DNA of 63,840 nt, filler included, from Reclinomonas americana ATCC 50394 (Eukaryota), in NCBI GenBank assembly GCA_048213135.1. It is 5 parts of 5 records of this genome, joined end to end, with 100 filler letters (N's around TTAATTAATTAA, not from the genome) between each part and the next. Parts side by side here need not be neighbours in the genome. Positions count along the whole stretch, not along the records: positions 41,726 to 61,562 come from AFZH01021511.1; positions 61,663 to 63,840 come from AFZH01021517.1; 3 more parts are not named here. The stretch is one strand, 5' to 3'. Below, one piece after another: positions 49,301 to 62,438 of the stretch. Numbering within the stretch: position 1 is the first letter of the stretch; every line of letters starts with the position of its first letter. The notes under the pieces are model-generated. The model was not told the DNA's origin. It was given only the letters and a program-made list of their open reading frames with translations, and ran no database searches. Both the position numbers and the translations under genes were made by a program.

Positions 49301-50732
49301 GCGACGACTGCTACGTCGACATCACCGAACGGTTTGGTTGTCTTGTGTGTCGTCTTTTGCCGTCTTCCACGTTGCTCATGTGTTGGCGAGCAGAGTATTG
49401 GACGGTGACATCAAGAGCGGCCTGGTGCCGCCCAACATGAACCTCAATTCCCACACACTGTTTGGCGCCGACATTAAGGCCAAGGCGCGTGAAGAGCGGC
49501 AGATGGCAGAGGCTCGTGCCTCGGCACGAATCGCTTCCGCCCGCGGTCTCGCGCTGCCGTCTGCTCTGCTGCAGAACACGCAGCGCCCGCGCAGTGCATC
49601 GAGCTGCCGTCTCAGTGAACCAGGTCGCCGTGGACGCTCGGCGTCGCAGTCGCGCCACCAGTCGGCACGTGCTTCCTCACGCTCACGGGACCCGCCTCGC
49701 GATCGCCCGTACTCCGCCAGTCCCGAACCGAGTGGCCGAGCGGCGACCAACAGCAGCAGCGCACGCATGGTGCCGTCGTTCATGACCGCAACGGCGTCGT
49801 ACGCGCGCCGTGTGTCCGTGGCCGACGTGGACAATGTGCCACCGCTGGCGGCCTCACGCCGTGCATCGACAATCGTCGGCGCCACGACGGCGACAACGAC
49901 AACAACGACGCCTGCGACGGCGAATCCAGCGGCCTCGAGCAAGGCCAAGGGCAACATTGCGGCTGCCGCACGTGACCCGCAACGGCAGCCGGCGGCACGG
50001 CCGAGATCGGCTTCCGCCACTCGCACACGACGAGCAAGCAACAGTTGCGCTCATTCACGCACTGACCCCACACGCCACCGAGCTGTTTATGTATGACTGA
50101 CTGACTGTGTTGTCGCTCTCAGAGCCGCAGCCAGCACTGCACACGGCAAGTCGTGGATCCTACAAGGTACCGTGTGTGCACTTGTCCTTTTCCCCGAGAT
50201 TCTTGCACCAGTGCTCACGGTCTCTCTTCTTCTCGTGCAGCTCAAGTTGTCGCCTCTGCGGGGCTCGATTCCGGTGGTGACGGTCTCGGAGCACTCCCGA
50301 GATGAGACACCCGCCAGTTTCATGCCTGAGTTGGCCGAACTGTACAGCAACGGTGGTGAGAGCGACGATGAGACGAGCGAGGACGAGGATGAGTACTACG
50401 GCGACCGCGACGGAAACACGAGCGAGGAAGAGGAAGACTATCGACGAGACCGCCGTGCGTCAGGCTCAGCCAAGTTTGAGTTGCCAGACGTGGCGCCACT
50501 GGAACGCAAGGGCAGTGCATTTAGTTCGGCGCCGACACAGTCGAGTGCCGCGGACCGGTTCCGCGACTTGTTGCGAGGCAGTGACTCGCAGGCTGGAGGC
50601 GGTGACAGCTCAAGCGACAGCTTGAACAGCGACAGCAAGGGTGACGAAGCGTTCCCCGCCAACTTGCTTCAGCGACGGCGTTCGAGCGGTCGCGGGCAAA
50701 TCAGCACCCTCCCAACGATCGAGACGATGTAG
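46398..50732 (+). CDS. Large multi-exon hypothetical protein with conserved-looking N-terminal domain, CxxC motifs and Ser/Arg-rich tail
   Basis: IRVPETVVYRHG..W|YFTS..IKKK, ILQRFVEP, IQVVWTPSYC, MVLHFRMDAEGALWFLWCNSL, WTCPMC and LCDDCY; ends ..LPTIETM*. Confidence 0.6.
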
Positions 50733-50845
50733 TAATCGCAGCACAACCAGCTGCTGGAGTAGTTTGTGTCACATAAACAACTGACATACTGAGTTACACA
50801 TGGTTTCGTTGATCGATACTCTGAGAGAGGCGCACAGTCTTTCTC

Positions 50846-53800
50846 TCAGGCTCCCTTGCCACCGGCGGCATACATCTGTTCGATTTGCGCAGCGAAATGC
50901 TTTCGCAGAATCGGTCGGCGCACCTGCGTGGAGCAAGAGTGAGCACAGCGCCTGGTGGCCACCAAACACACACACAATCGCGCATACCTTCATCGATGGG
51001 GTCAGCAAGTCATTCTCCACCGTGAATGGCTCACGCGAGAAGCGGAAATGCTTGACAATCTCGAACCCATGCAGCTTGTTTGCGCGACCAAACTCGTCCA
51101 GACTACGCAGCAAAGCGTCGTGGACGGCAGTGTTGCTCACCAGCTGCTCGGGACCGCTGACGACAATGTGCTTGTCGGCAGCCAGCGCCTGCAGGCCCTC
51201 CAGCTTCGGCACGATGATTGCGACCAGGTAGTCTTCACCCTGCCGACCCTCGACAAAGATCTGCTCGACACACGGGTGCCGGTTGAAGATGCCCTCGATC
51301 TTTTCCACGGCAACATACTCGCCTTGGCTGCACCATTGGAGAGCAAGGGAAAGAGAGCGAGAGAGAGAGAGAGCGAGTGAGTGCGCATGCCACGTGTGTC
51401 TCACACTACAACCACGTACCTGAGCTTGAAAATGTCCTTCTTGCGCGAAACAATGCGCAGCGAGCCCGCCTCGGTCAACTCAGCAATGTCACCCTGCGTT
51501 CGTGAAGTGTGTTGAGAGACTGGAGCAGTGGCGTGGCACGACACTCGATCACCTACCGTGTGGAAGAAACCGTCGGCGTCGAATGCTTCCTTGCTGTGCA
51601 CAGAGTGCTGATTGTCAGTGCTCAAGCCGATGGTGAGATCGTTCTGTTTATGGCTTCCGCAACGTGGCCTCGGGATCCTTGAAGTAGCCAGGCGTGACGT
51701 TGAAGCCGCGAATACAAATCTGTACACAAGTGTGTCAGCAGTCACAATCGCAGACAAGACTTTCACGGACATGCGCACCTCGCCCGCCGGCGGATTCCTC
51801 TTTCGCGTGTACTCCATCTCCGGAACATCGTCGAGCTTGATTTCTGCGTGCGCACACAGTGAGCTCCATTCTCGCGACAACTGCGTGTGTGACACGAAAT
51901 CCTCACCGCAACACTGCAGTGGCGGACCACACGTTCCATACGCATCCGTGTCGTCCAGGCGCGTGATAGTGGCGGCGGCTGCAGTCTCGGTGAGACCGTA
52001 GCCGACTGCAAAACGCACGCCGAGGACCATTTGCAGGAACTCTTGCACTTCGGCCTTCAGAGCTGCGCCACTGCACAGCACGACTGCTATCAACACTATG
52101 AGCACTACGGAAGAATAGCAGCGCTGCACACGAACCCAGTGAGCACTGCCACAATGTTCTCAAAGCCGAGGTTGTGGCGGATCTTTTCAAACACCAACAC
52201 ATCGTACAACTTGGTCGGCATGTCTGGCGACAAAAATGCAGAGTCAATCGACTGCTGGCTGTGCACTGCAGTGACCTCACGCAACGGCGGTGCATGGCCT
52301 CGCGCTTGGCAGCCACACAGAACTCGAAAATGCGCTGCTTGATGCCACCAGTCTCTTGCACGCGCGCCAGGATGCCGTCATACATGCGCTCCCACACGCG
52401 TGGGACACCTGTGATTGACACATGCTGGTGTGAGACATCTTCGGCCACACATGACTGGCAACTGATGCCGGCGAACCCGTAAACACGGTCGGACGAAGCG
52501 CCTTTACGTCGTCGAGGAGCTGTCGCGCAATACAGAGGATGGTGATCATGCGAGACAAGAGAGGGAGTGAGCGCGATGGCTCGCTACTGCACCTTGCGCA
52601 CGTCGCCACTGTAGTAACCTGGGGAGAAGGGTTGAGTACATCAGCCAGCGATCGCAGTTCACCAACGGCCGCAGCTTGCACTCACCAATGCAGCCGCCTT
52701 GTGAGAGGGTGATCAACTACAATGGAAGCAAGGCGTCAGTCGATGAAGTGAGCGCATCAGCCTCCGCAAGCATACACAACTTCGCCAATCCGCTGCATAA
52801 TGTGCGCAAGACTGCAACGCGACAGTCGGTGAGACGACAACACGCAGCCTCAGCAAAGCAGCAGGAAGAGTATCACGCACGGCAGGTAGGAAAGGATGCG
52901 AGTGGTCGAGTTGGTGGCACGATCGCTGCCGGCGTGGATGCCACCAGCGGCACTCACCACGTTCCGGTGCGTGCTGTCGTAAGTGGCAGTGAGATGTGAG
53001 GCGTCGGAACACAGAGACGCTGCTGCTTGCAATCCACGCAACAGCACCACGCCCTTGGGGACGCCCGTGGAGCCCGACGTGTACATGATGGTGTATGTGT
53101 CGTCGGGCGACGGCGGCACCAAGTCCACCGGCTGTCGGTTACCAAGCTCCTCGACAGCCGCAAACGACATGACCTGGAAGCCCTCGGTGCTGAGATCGGC
53201 AAACACCTGCTCCGAGACACCGTCCATCACAATCACACCCTGCAGTTTCGGGCACAGTGGCTTGGCGGCTTTGACCTGTTCACGAGTGATGGTTCAGTCG
53301 CGCCGTCACACGCAGCGTAGCGTCGATAGGAAGGGAGCACCTTGCGCGCTGCCTCGGCCGTATCGCACACCACCAGACGAATCTCCGAGTGCCCAATGAT
53401 GTAGCTCTGCAGAGCGTCTCCTGTAAGCAGTGGCGCCGAGCCACACGCGCACTCATCCACAAACACGCACCAGTGCATCGGGTCCCAGCGTGTCATACAA
53501 CGCGACAGTCGGCATACTCTGACTGTCGGCGCCAATGGCCAGCAGCTGCCACTCGACGCGATTCTTACTGTAAATGCCCACCGCCTCACGCGGCTGCACA
53601 CCGAGATGACGCAGGCCCATGCCCACATGGATGCTGCGCTCATATACCTGCATGTGTGCGCGCGCTCGTAAGGTGATTGGCATTACACAAAGAGAGAGCG
53701 CGGAATGGGAGAGAGAGAACCTTGTCGTAATGGAGAAACACGTACTCGCCAGTGTGCGGATCTCTCATGCCGAGTGCAGGCAGCGTGGGGTACAAGTCAA

Positions 53801-54149
53801 TCGCCGCTCGTCTGTGTGCAGACGTGGCGTGAGTGCGTGAGTGAGAGAGTGAGAGTGAGAGAGTGCGCGCGCATTCACCGAAAGGCGGCCCAAGCCGTGG
53901 TCGAGGCATCCAGCGTGTTGGTGAGCGCGCCAGGTGCCATCGCATTGCGGTACACACCGGGGCTCACTTCCACACTCTGCTCTCACAGAAGGTGAGGTGA
54001 GGTGAGGTGAGTGAGAGAGGCATGCATCTCTTCTTCTCTCATGTGTGCGCAAAGACCTGACGACCGTGGTACGGCTGCGGGTATGACGGCTCGTGACCAA
54101 GGAGACGCTCAATGGCGCCAATGATGGTCACCACTGCACCGAGGATCAT
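50846..54149 (-). CDS. ACSL: Long-chain fatty acyl-CoA synthetase (ACSL/LACS type)
   Basis: AMP-binding motif IMYTSGSTGVPKGV, LSYLP, GVPRVWERMY, GYGLTET, DADGFFHT|GDI, RKKDIFKL|SQGEYVAVEKIE and FTVENDLLTPSMK; many introns. Confidence 0.95.
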
Positions 54150-54228
54150 CTCCTCTCCTCAACTCTCTCACTCTGTAATCGGAAGAATTTTCAATGGAGG
54201 ATGGATAGATACAGTTTAAGTTGTCACT

Positions 54229-57200
54229 TTATCTTGGTGTGCTCGGTCCGCTGCTGTGTCTCCGTCGAGCCACCGGTGCCATCTGTACGGCGCAGATGAG
54301 CAAGAGAGAAATGCAAGACGGCACTGTGATCGCTCTGTGCGCGCTCACCGCATCGCCGAAAGCGTGGAGAATGGTGCCGGCGCCCTCGAGCATGCCAATG
54401 GCTGGCGATAACACAGCAATGGGAACAGCTCGGATCACGGTCCGCATCGCACCCTGCGCATGGTTGTACGTGTGTGAGTTGATGTGTCCGGGCCGATGTC
54501 ATAATCTCCACCAGCTAGACTCACCTCTTCACGCACGGCCACTGGCACGGCGACAATGGTGCGAGCGCCGTCACGGAGTCCCGAGCCCATGGCTTGCAGG
54601 CCACCCATGATGCCTGTCGTCGCACACGCAACGACATGTCAGCACGTTGAGCACGAACAAGCACACACTAGCTTGTCGTAAACACACCTTGTGGAGCGGC
54701 GGCGGAGGGTGGTGTGGCAGCATGGCCCGCCGCCGCGTCGGCTGCAGTTGGCGATGTGCCAGCGACATAGTCCTTCACGCGGCGGAACAGGCTGACCACC
54801 ATACTGGCCAGGTCGCCGGTGGCATTGACGGCACCTGAGCCCACCTTTCGCACAAACGACGAGGCTCCATCGCGGAGTGCTGCTCGCAGATGATGAGGTT
54901 AGAAACGCACACAACGCTACATCGCGAACGAACACTCAGTACCTCGTAGCCAGCGACGACGGTCTCCCTTGTACTGCAGAGCAGCCGCAAGAAAATGAAC
55001 AACAACAACAACAACAACTGGGGACGGAAAACAGACGACAGGAGTGAACGCACCAACTCGAACGGCACCATGACCAAGTCGGCAGCACCCTCCGTGACCA
55101 TCATCAGCGGGCCCACCAATGGCACACCCGACAGACAGTTGCGCCACTGACTGTGCATGACATCTGACGCCCAGCGAGTGCTCACTTTCGTCACCAACGT
55201 CCCCCATCCATCAATCTGCATGGGGGACAAACACACAAATCAGTCTGGTGCGTACCAGAACCAGCATGGTACGCAGTCACGCAACTCCACGCAGAGTTGT
55301 CTGCCGCAGACGCAGTTGCACGTCGGTGAGCGGGAAGAAGTTCACCAGTTCGATCATGTCACCCGTCACCAGGCCGCCCAGATTCACACGCTTGGGTCGG
55401 AAATCGATGTTGAGCCACACTGTCATTCGCACACGGGGAGACGCAGTTAGGCCATCCGCACGCAGCATGCACATCAAGCAACATGGACGCACCGTCGGCC
55501 ATGATAAACAGCTGGATGTGCGACGATCCCTGATCGAGATCGGCCATCATTTCGCGGTTGCTGCGCTCGATCTCATCCGCCAGCTGCTGCAACGCCTCCG
55601 CATCGGCAGCTTCATCGACACGCGCTTGTGCCGCCGCCACTGCCACGCCATTGTTACACACACACACACACAACGCAGAGAATCACATACAACAATTCGA
55701 GGACAACTTACCGCGTTCCGATCGCCGCCCCGACGGGTCTGACAAGTCCAGCATGAACTTGCGAACAAAATCCAGAGTGTGCGCATCGACTGCCATGTAA
55801 CATGTACTCGTCAGCAAACGCACGTGCTCATCCTTGACACAGAGACACACACACACACCATCTACGCGAAGCGGAGCCACGTGTGGAATTGCCACTCGCG
55901 ACTCGACAGTGCTCGGCAGCTCCGGATTTGGACGCACCGTGTCCAGAGTGCAGTACAGCTGCGCAGAGTGACAACTGAGAAGAGTGTATCTACTCACACG
56001 CACACAAACCGATGCACAGCTCACCAGTCGTGCAGAGCGTGTGCGGTGCGGGCACGGATCCCACCGGGAGAGCACAAACCGCGCCGCACTCCCCGGCACG
56101 TGATCCTCCACCTGCGATCGACCGCGCAGTGTAAGCACACAAGATGCATCTCATGCTCCTTTCTCTCTTTCTTACACAACAGACAAATCGTCCAGCGCAA
56201 TCGCCAACCGCGACGCATGCGAGCTGGTGCCGCTGGGGAAGGTGGCAAATGCCACGTGAACTCCTCGCAGGACGGCCTTGATGTTTTCCACCACCACACG
56301 CTGCGACACCGTCCACGGTCTGGGCACGTCGGCTTCGGGATCACCGGCAGCAGCCGCAAAGTCACTGCCGTTGCACAGGGCGACTTCCACGTGTTCGCAG
56401 TTGACGATCAGCGAGAAGCCCGGCGTCGGGTAACTGCACGACCACACACCAGTTGGACCAATGCCAGCGAATAGATAACGCAACAAGTGACGCAACTCGT
56501 CAGGCAGTTCGTGCACTGGCTGATCGATACGCACAGGTGGCACCACGGCAAAGAAGCCCTCTGTCACACGCAGAGACGTCATTGCCCGCTGCTGGACCAT
56601 GATCAGTGGATCGCGAGTGGCGGCACTCCCCGAGGCTTCGTGTTGCCGGCGCATCTGGCGTCTCGCTCCACTCTCATAATCGTCGTCACCATCATCGTCG
56701 TCGTCGTCGTCGTCATACGCTGGCATGGTGCCATCGGACTCGCCCAGTGCGCTCTCAAACAAGTTGCCACTGAGCATGACTGCCGACGCACCACCGCCGG
56801 AGGAATTCGGCCGCTGCGTACGAACACATGTGAGGACAAAGCAGAAGACTTGCATCGCCAGAGCACCACATCCGCACCCCACGTGGTCGACGAGCGCGAC
56901 GAATTGACGACAGCGGGGTGAGCAGTGCCTGTCGAATGGCCAGTTCGACATTGTCCACGTGCGATACCACCATCTGCACCATGCAGCAGGGGTAGGCAGT
57001 GAGCAATCACCTTGCTGCGGCCCAGAGGAGGCAGGAATTAAACATCGCAAGACACACCGGAATTCCGCTCGTCGCCACACCCGCAGGCCTGGATGCTGCG
57101 CCACCGCTGGATGCAGCAAGTCCACTAGATGCAGCGACATCGTCGTGGACACCGTGCGCCACCACTGCCGCCGGAGCACCTTCGTCCGAATCCTCGTCGT

Positions 57201-60200
57201 CTTCATCTCCACCGCCGTCGCCACCATCCGCGGCCTTCGAGCCGACGAGGTCACCGTCGCCAAAGTAATGCGACAGGAGAGCGATGAAGGCACTGGCCGA
57301 GTCGGCACACACTCCCGTACCCAGCCTGTTGGCTCCGACACTGATCTGCGCGCGGACACAGTTGAGTAGACTTGTTCCGGTGCAACGACGAACAGCGAAA
57401 CTGGAGCTCACCTCCAGAGGGGCGTCTGGGTTTGCGTGACTCACAATGCGCACGCCGATCTGATCGAGGGACACCAGTTCCACAAAGCCAATTGACTGTG
57501 CATGTATCAGCATGAGTGTATCCAGGCCACATCGTGCACACGACATGTGATCAACCAACCTGTGCAAAATCGCGCAATCGTGTGCCGGCAATTGCATCAC
57601 TCAGCAGCTGCACAATCGACAAGCCGAACCGACCAGCAATGGTAGGTCTGTGTCCGTCACGGGTCAGCGCATCGATAAAGAGTGCGACTAGTGACCAGCA
57701 CACAGAGCTGGGTACTCAACGACACATGAACAGAGGTAGCCGGTTTCGGCTGCGCCAACAGCAGTGCCGCCTCTTGCACCACAATGTCGTAGGTGCTGTC
57801 GGAATCCTGTGGGGCCGGCAGCGTTGCATCGAAACGACCGGCACCAAAATGAATGATTGCACGCGACGCTTGCCGCGTCGGCGTGTACTCAATGGCCGCA
57901 TCGGTCAACTCCACCACAATTCGAGTGTCGGAGGGTGGGGACCTAACAACAACAAAAGGCGCCGTGTAAGCAAGTGGCGTGTGACGATCTTCCGAAACGA
58001 AGACCACGCAACTGCACCACTGGCACATCCGGGTATGCACCGCGGGGCGCAGGCATTGTCGACACGGCAAAGAACGAACCCAAACGCAAAAACGCATGCC
58101 TTCTCGGTCTCACCAGGTGCGTCAACAGCGGCGAGAGTGCGGAAATCATAATGGTCGTCTCTGTCGGCAGCAACATGACGTTGGCTGTCACCGCCGGCTC
58201 CTGAGTCTGCGTGCATGACAAGGTGCCTGTCAGCCTCATTGTTTCCGATTCGCCCATGAGAGCCCAAGCAAGCAAGTACGCACCGCCAGTGGATGTAGAG
58301 GCGTGCGGAATATTGTTCGCCCATCCTGCACATCGTCCAGCGACAGCTTCATCGCGCCCACCGCAATCTGCGAGCCCACGCCGGCCTCGGTGCTGGTCGG
58401 CGCCGGCGAGTGGAAGTACAGCGCAAACCCGCTGGCGTCGATTTGCAGACTGTCGTCTATCGACTCTCCCGTCTCACTACCGTCCGCCGCCGTGGGCGAC
58501 GGCGATGACGAGGAACTTGGCGGCGCGGAGCTGCTGCTGGCACAGAACGTCATCGCCGCAGCACTGAATCGCAGCGAGAAGCGCGACGTAGGCGCCTGCG
58601 GCGAGGCAAACGGCTCGCCCAGCAGCGCACCCACAACGCCGACATTGTGAAGGAGTTGAGCAAAACTGCGCTGCGAGAGGGCGACAGACAGAGTCGGGCA
58701 CGAGATGGCCACTGCTGTGTCCTACACGCACGAATCACAGAATGGTAAAAGTCAGCATTGAATGCAAGGAGATTCAAAGCAAGAGCACAAGAAGCGATCG
58801 TCCCCAGCATACGAACCGAAGAAAAGAACATGTGCTCGTGTAGCGAGATGAACGCACTGTCCGACATGCCCTCCAACGGCGTCACTGCGCCGGCGCGAGC
58901 GGCTCGGTCCGTGCCACGCACAACCACCGTCACAGACGGTACCGTGGTCTCGGTTTCGACGGGCGACGTGCCACGCAGGATGCGCGTGTACAGGCCGTCC
59001 ACTGGCGAGGAATTTTGTGTAGGTGAGCTACTCTCCTCTCTTTCCCGCTACCAGCACTCTCACGCACCAATAATGGCCACGGCCAACTCTCGAAACGCAA
59101 GTGCCACAATGGTGTCGTCGCCGGGTGCGGTGCGCAGTTTGATCGACACGGCCGACGGGCACGACACAATCAACTGGTCGTCGCTCAATGCCGCACTGTG
59201 TGTGTGCCACGAGCAGTGAATACCACCAATCGCGCACTCGCAGACAATGTTTGCTGCTCTCACCGGCGTGGTATGGTGCCGTTGACCACGCGGGGCCACC
59301 GCAGGCGAATATCCAGTCCCTGCGCCTCCACCGTCACACTCATGCCAGGCCCCTGTGTCGAGTGAGAGAAGCAGGATTAGCGAAGCGATAGAAGACGACT
59401 AGTCGCATGTAAAACATACCCGCGACGACGATGAACGAGGAGGCTCAAGCGGTTGTCCCGTGTACACGTTGATTCGATCGGTGCGTGGTGGCGCGGCAAC
59501 GGGCAGCCGGTGTGCGGGTCCACGACTGCGCGGACGCATCTGGACCGCGCATGCAAACATGTCGAGGAGTCGATGCACCACCAGAATGTCCCAGTTGACC
59601 GACAACACGCCTTCCACGCAGATGCCCGCGATCATGTCCGACACTGCACACATCCATAAGTAAGCCTGTCGAGGTACTGAGCGGCAGCACGAGTGGCAGC
59701 GCACCAGCGGTTTTCGGCCAGAGAGTCAGAGTCGATCGTGGGATATTAATCAGCTCCAGCTCACGCAGCGGCACCACCAACTCGTCGAATGCGCTGGCGG
59801 AGAACGAGGACAAGAACGAGGAACTTGAAGCCACTGTCGTGCTGCCAAAGAGGCCGAATTGATGGTTGCGCACAAAAGAGGCCTCACAGTCTGCGACCAA
59901 ATCACGAAGGTCACTAAATATCGATCGGTGTACACATAATCAGCAACGAGTTGTGCATACCCGAAAACAGGCGCTCCGTAAGCGACAATTTTTCGAATCG
60001 AACGGCAATGGGCGACGCCGCGGCAGTGGGTGCCATGGAGGCCTCCAACTTGCTGACCTCCAACATGACATGATCGGTGATGGGAACCGTGTGGCCTACG
60101 TGCAGAAACAACGGGAAAGGGTGTCAGCAAATCAAAAGCATCACCGGCCATCGAACGATCAACAACAGACCGATGAGTCGCGACATCCACACCGAGCGCG

Positions 60201-61380
60201 TGGTCTCGAACGGTGTGTACACGGCAAACACACGCAGCGACGACACGCTCAGCGACAGCGACACGGCCAGTGGAGCGTCGGCGGCAGGTGATGGGGACGG
60301 AGAGGGCGATCCGGGCACGCTACCGCCGGCCGACAGATCCACCAGCAGTGGAGCACCATCGTCCAACTCGGAACTCCACAGTGGATCTGCTGGCGCCGCG
60401 CACGCCGCCGCCTCACCAAACGCCGTCAACATCGAAAGCACGTGCGGTGTGATGACCACCTCAATGGCCTCGCGCATCACTTGAATGCGCAGCGGCGGTG
60501 GCGGCACGGACGATGAGCCAGCTGCGGCCGCGGAAAACTCCACTGCCTCGACTTCCACTCGTGTGCGCGAGGCGCCGTCGACACGCACCAGAATGATGGG
60601 CGACGAACTGTCCTGGCCCTCCATGGCGGAGGCGGGTGTGTTGCCGGCACCGACATCTGACGCAAAGAAACGGGGAGGTGAGAGGATTTGAGGGCCAGCA
60701 AAGAAAGCGCTCCAATAAACACACAGACGTACCACACACGGGTGACGGCGACGGCGAGTAGTTGCCCGACTGCAGAGAGCAGCAGCTCGCCAGCAACGCA
60801 CTGTGACACGACTCGTCCTCCAGCACCGTCATGTGCGGCGACTGCGAGTGCAGTGTCACGTACCACTCCTTGAACTCGATGGTCTTGCAGATGAGACCTG
60901 CACACTCCACCAGTTATGGAGGGACGGAGGGAGAGAGGAGGAGGGAGGGAAGGAGACAGGCAAAAGGGACAGAGAGAGACGGAAAGGGAGGGACGGAGGG
61001 AAAGAGAGAGAGAGAGAGCGCGCGAGAGAGAGTGAGCGAGCAACTGAAACGTACCTGCACCACCCGTCGACGAGTTGCGACAGCACATTTCACTCACGAC
61101 CAGAGTCAGCACCAGATCGCGTTGACTCGGCGCATGCGGCACCACCAGTTGCACCGACACATTCTTCAGCGTCACGTCCACCGCATTCACCCACTTGTCG
61201 ACCAGCTCACGCAGCCGCGACACTGCGTCCGACAGCGACGCATCTTCACCGAGATCACTGCTCAGTTCGCCAGCCAGCGACTTGAGTTCCGTCTCCCACT
61301 CCACTGCCTCGGTTTCCGTCGGCTGCATCATGGATGACACGCGCGAGGCCGAGGCCGAGAGGAGAAGGTTGGATGGAGCT
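54229..61380 (-). CDS. ATG2: Autophagy-related protein 2 (lipid transfer protein), 5'-truncated by contig end
   Basis: VDAHTLDFVRKF, LNIDFRPKRVNLGGLVTGDMIELVNFFPLTDVQLRL, GW..WASDVMHSQ..LSGVPLVGPL..GAADLVMVP and C-terminal RAVPIAVLSPAIG (ATG_C). Confidence 0.88.
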
Positions 61381-61429
61381 GGTGAATGTGTGATGGTCAG
61401 TACACATGCAGAAGGGAGGGAGAAGAAGA

Positions 61430-61562
<133 letters not shown>

Positions 61563-61662
61563 NNNNNNNNNNNNNNNNNNNNNNNNNNNNNNNNNNNNNN
61601 NNNNNNTTAATTAATTAANNNNNNNNNNNNNNNNNNNNNNNNNNNNNNNNNNNNNNNNNNNN
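61563..61662. other. Artificial contig linker
   Basis: N44-TTAATTAATTAA-N44. Confidence 0.97.
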
Positions 61663-61984
61663 TTGTGGCGGAGGAGGTGGGATGTGGCAATGTGTGTGGT
61701 GAAGTGTCTCGTATGTGAATGTGCGTCAGTGGATGACTGACTACTCTGCTTGACATGGATGCACACAGAGAGATTGATGATGCATTGAGCATGGTGGATG
61801 GCACAGCCGCTGCAGCCGATGCAGATTCACAAGGTACCTGTTCCGACGCAGATGATGAAGGGTTCTCTGGTGGTAACATTGCGTCTTCTGCGATGCAGAG
61901 TACGCGCTTGATGAACGGAGGAGCGACGAGGTCAATCGACAAGAATCGCCTCACGACGATGCTGTCGACAACTGCATGAACTGC

Positions 61985-62438
61985 GTTGCGTTCTCCTAGG
62001 AGAATGCATGTGTGATGAGGCTCCCACTCACGTCATGCGGTACAGACAGACAAGAATGGTGCAGTGACTTGCTGTTGGCAGTCACTGATGGATGACTTGT
62101 CGAGTGAAAGTATCGCGTCCCTTCAGTGCAGTGCTGTCTTTGGGTACTCGGTAGAGGCGGTGATGGGTGTGCACTGTCCTGACAAGAAGAGTCGCACACC
62201 AGCCTGTGTTGCGTTCTCCTCATGCAGGTGGAGGATGGGGAGGATAATGCATGTGCGATGTGGCTGCCACTCACGTCGTGCTGTACAGTGCGTGGGCTGG
62301 CAGACGAGAATGGTGCAGTGGCGCAGTGCAACTTGTTGTTGGCAGTCACTGGTGGATGACTTGTCGAGTGAAAGTATCGCGTCCCTTCAGTGCAGTGCTG
62401 TCTTTGGGTACTCGGTAGAGGTGGTGATGGGTGTGCAC
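61985..62438 (+). repeat. Tandem segmental duplication (two units, ~220-230 bp)
   Basis: Core 62067-62174 vs 62331-62438 is 108 nt with 3 mismatches; the upstream parts (starting 61985 and 62208) are homologous with indels. Confidence 0.88.
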
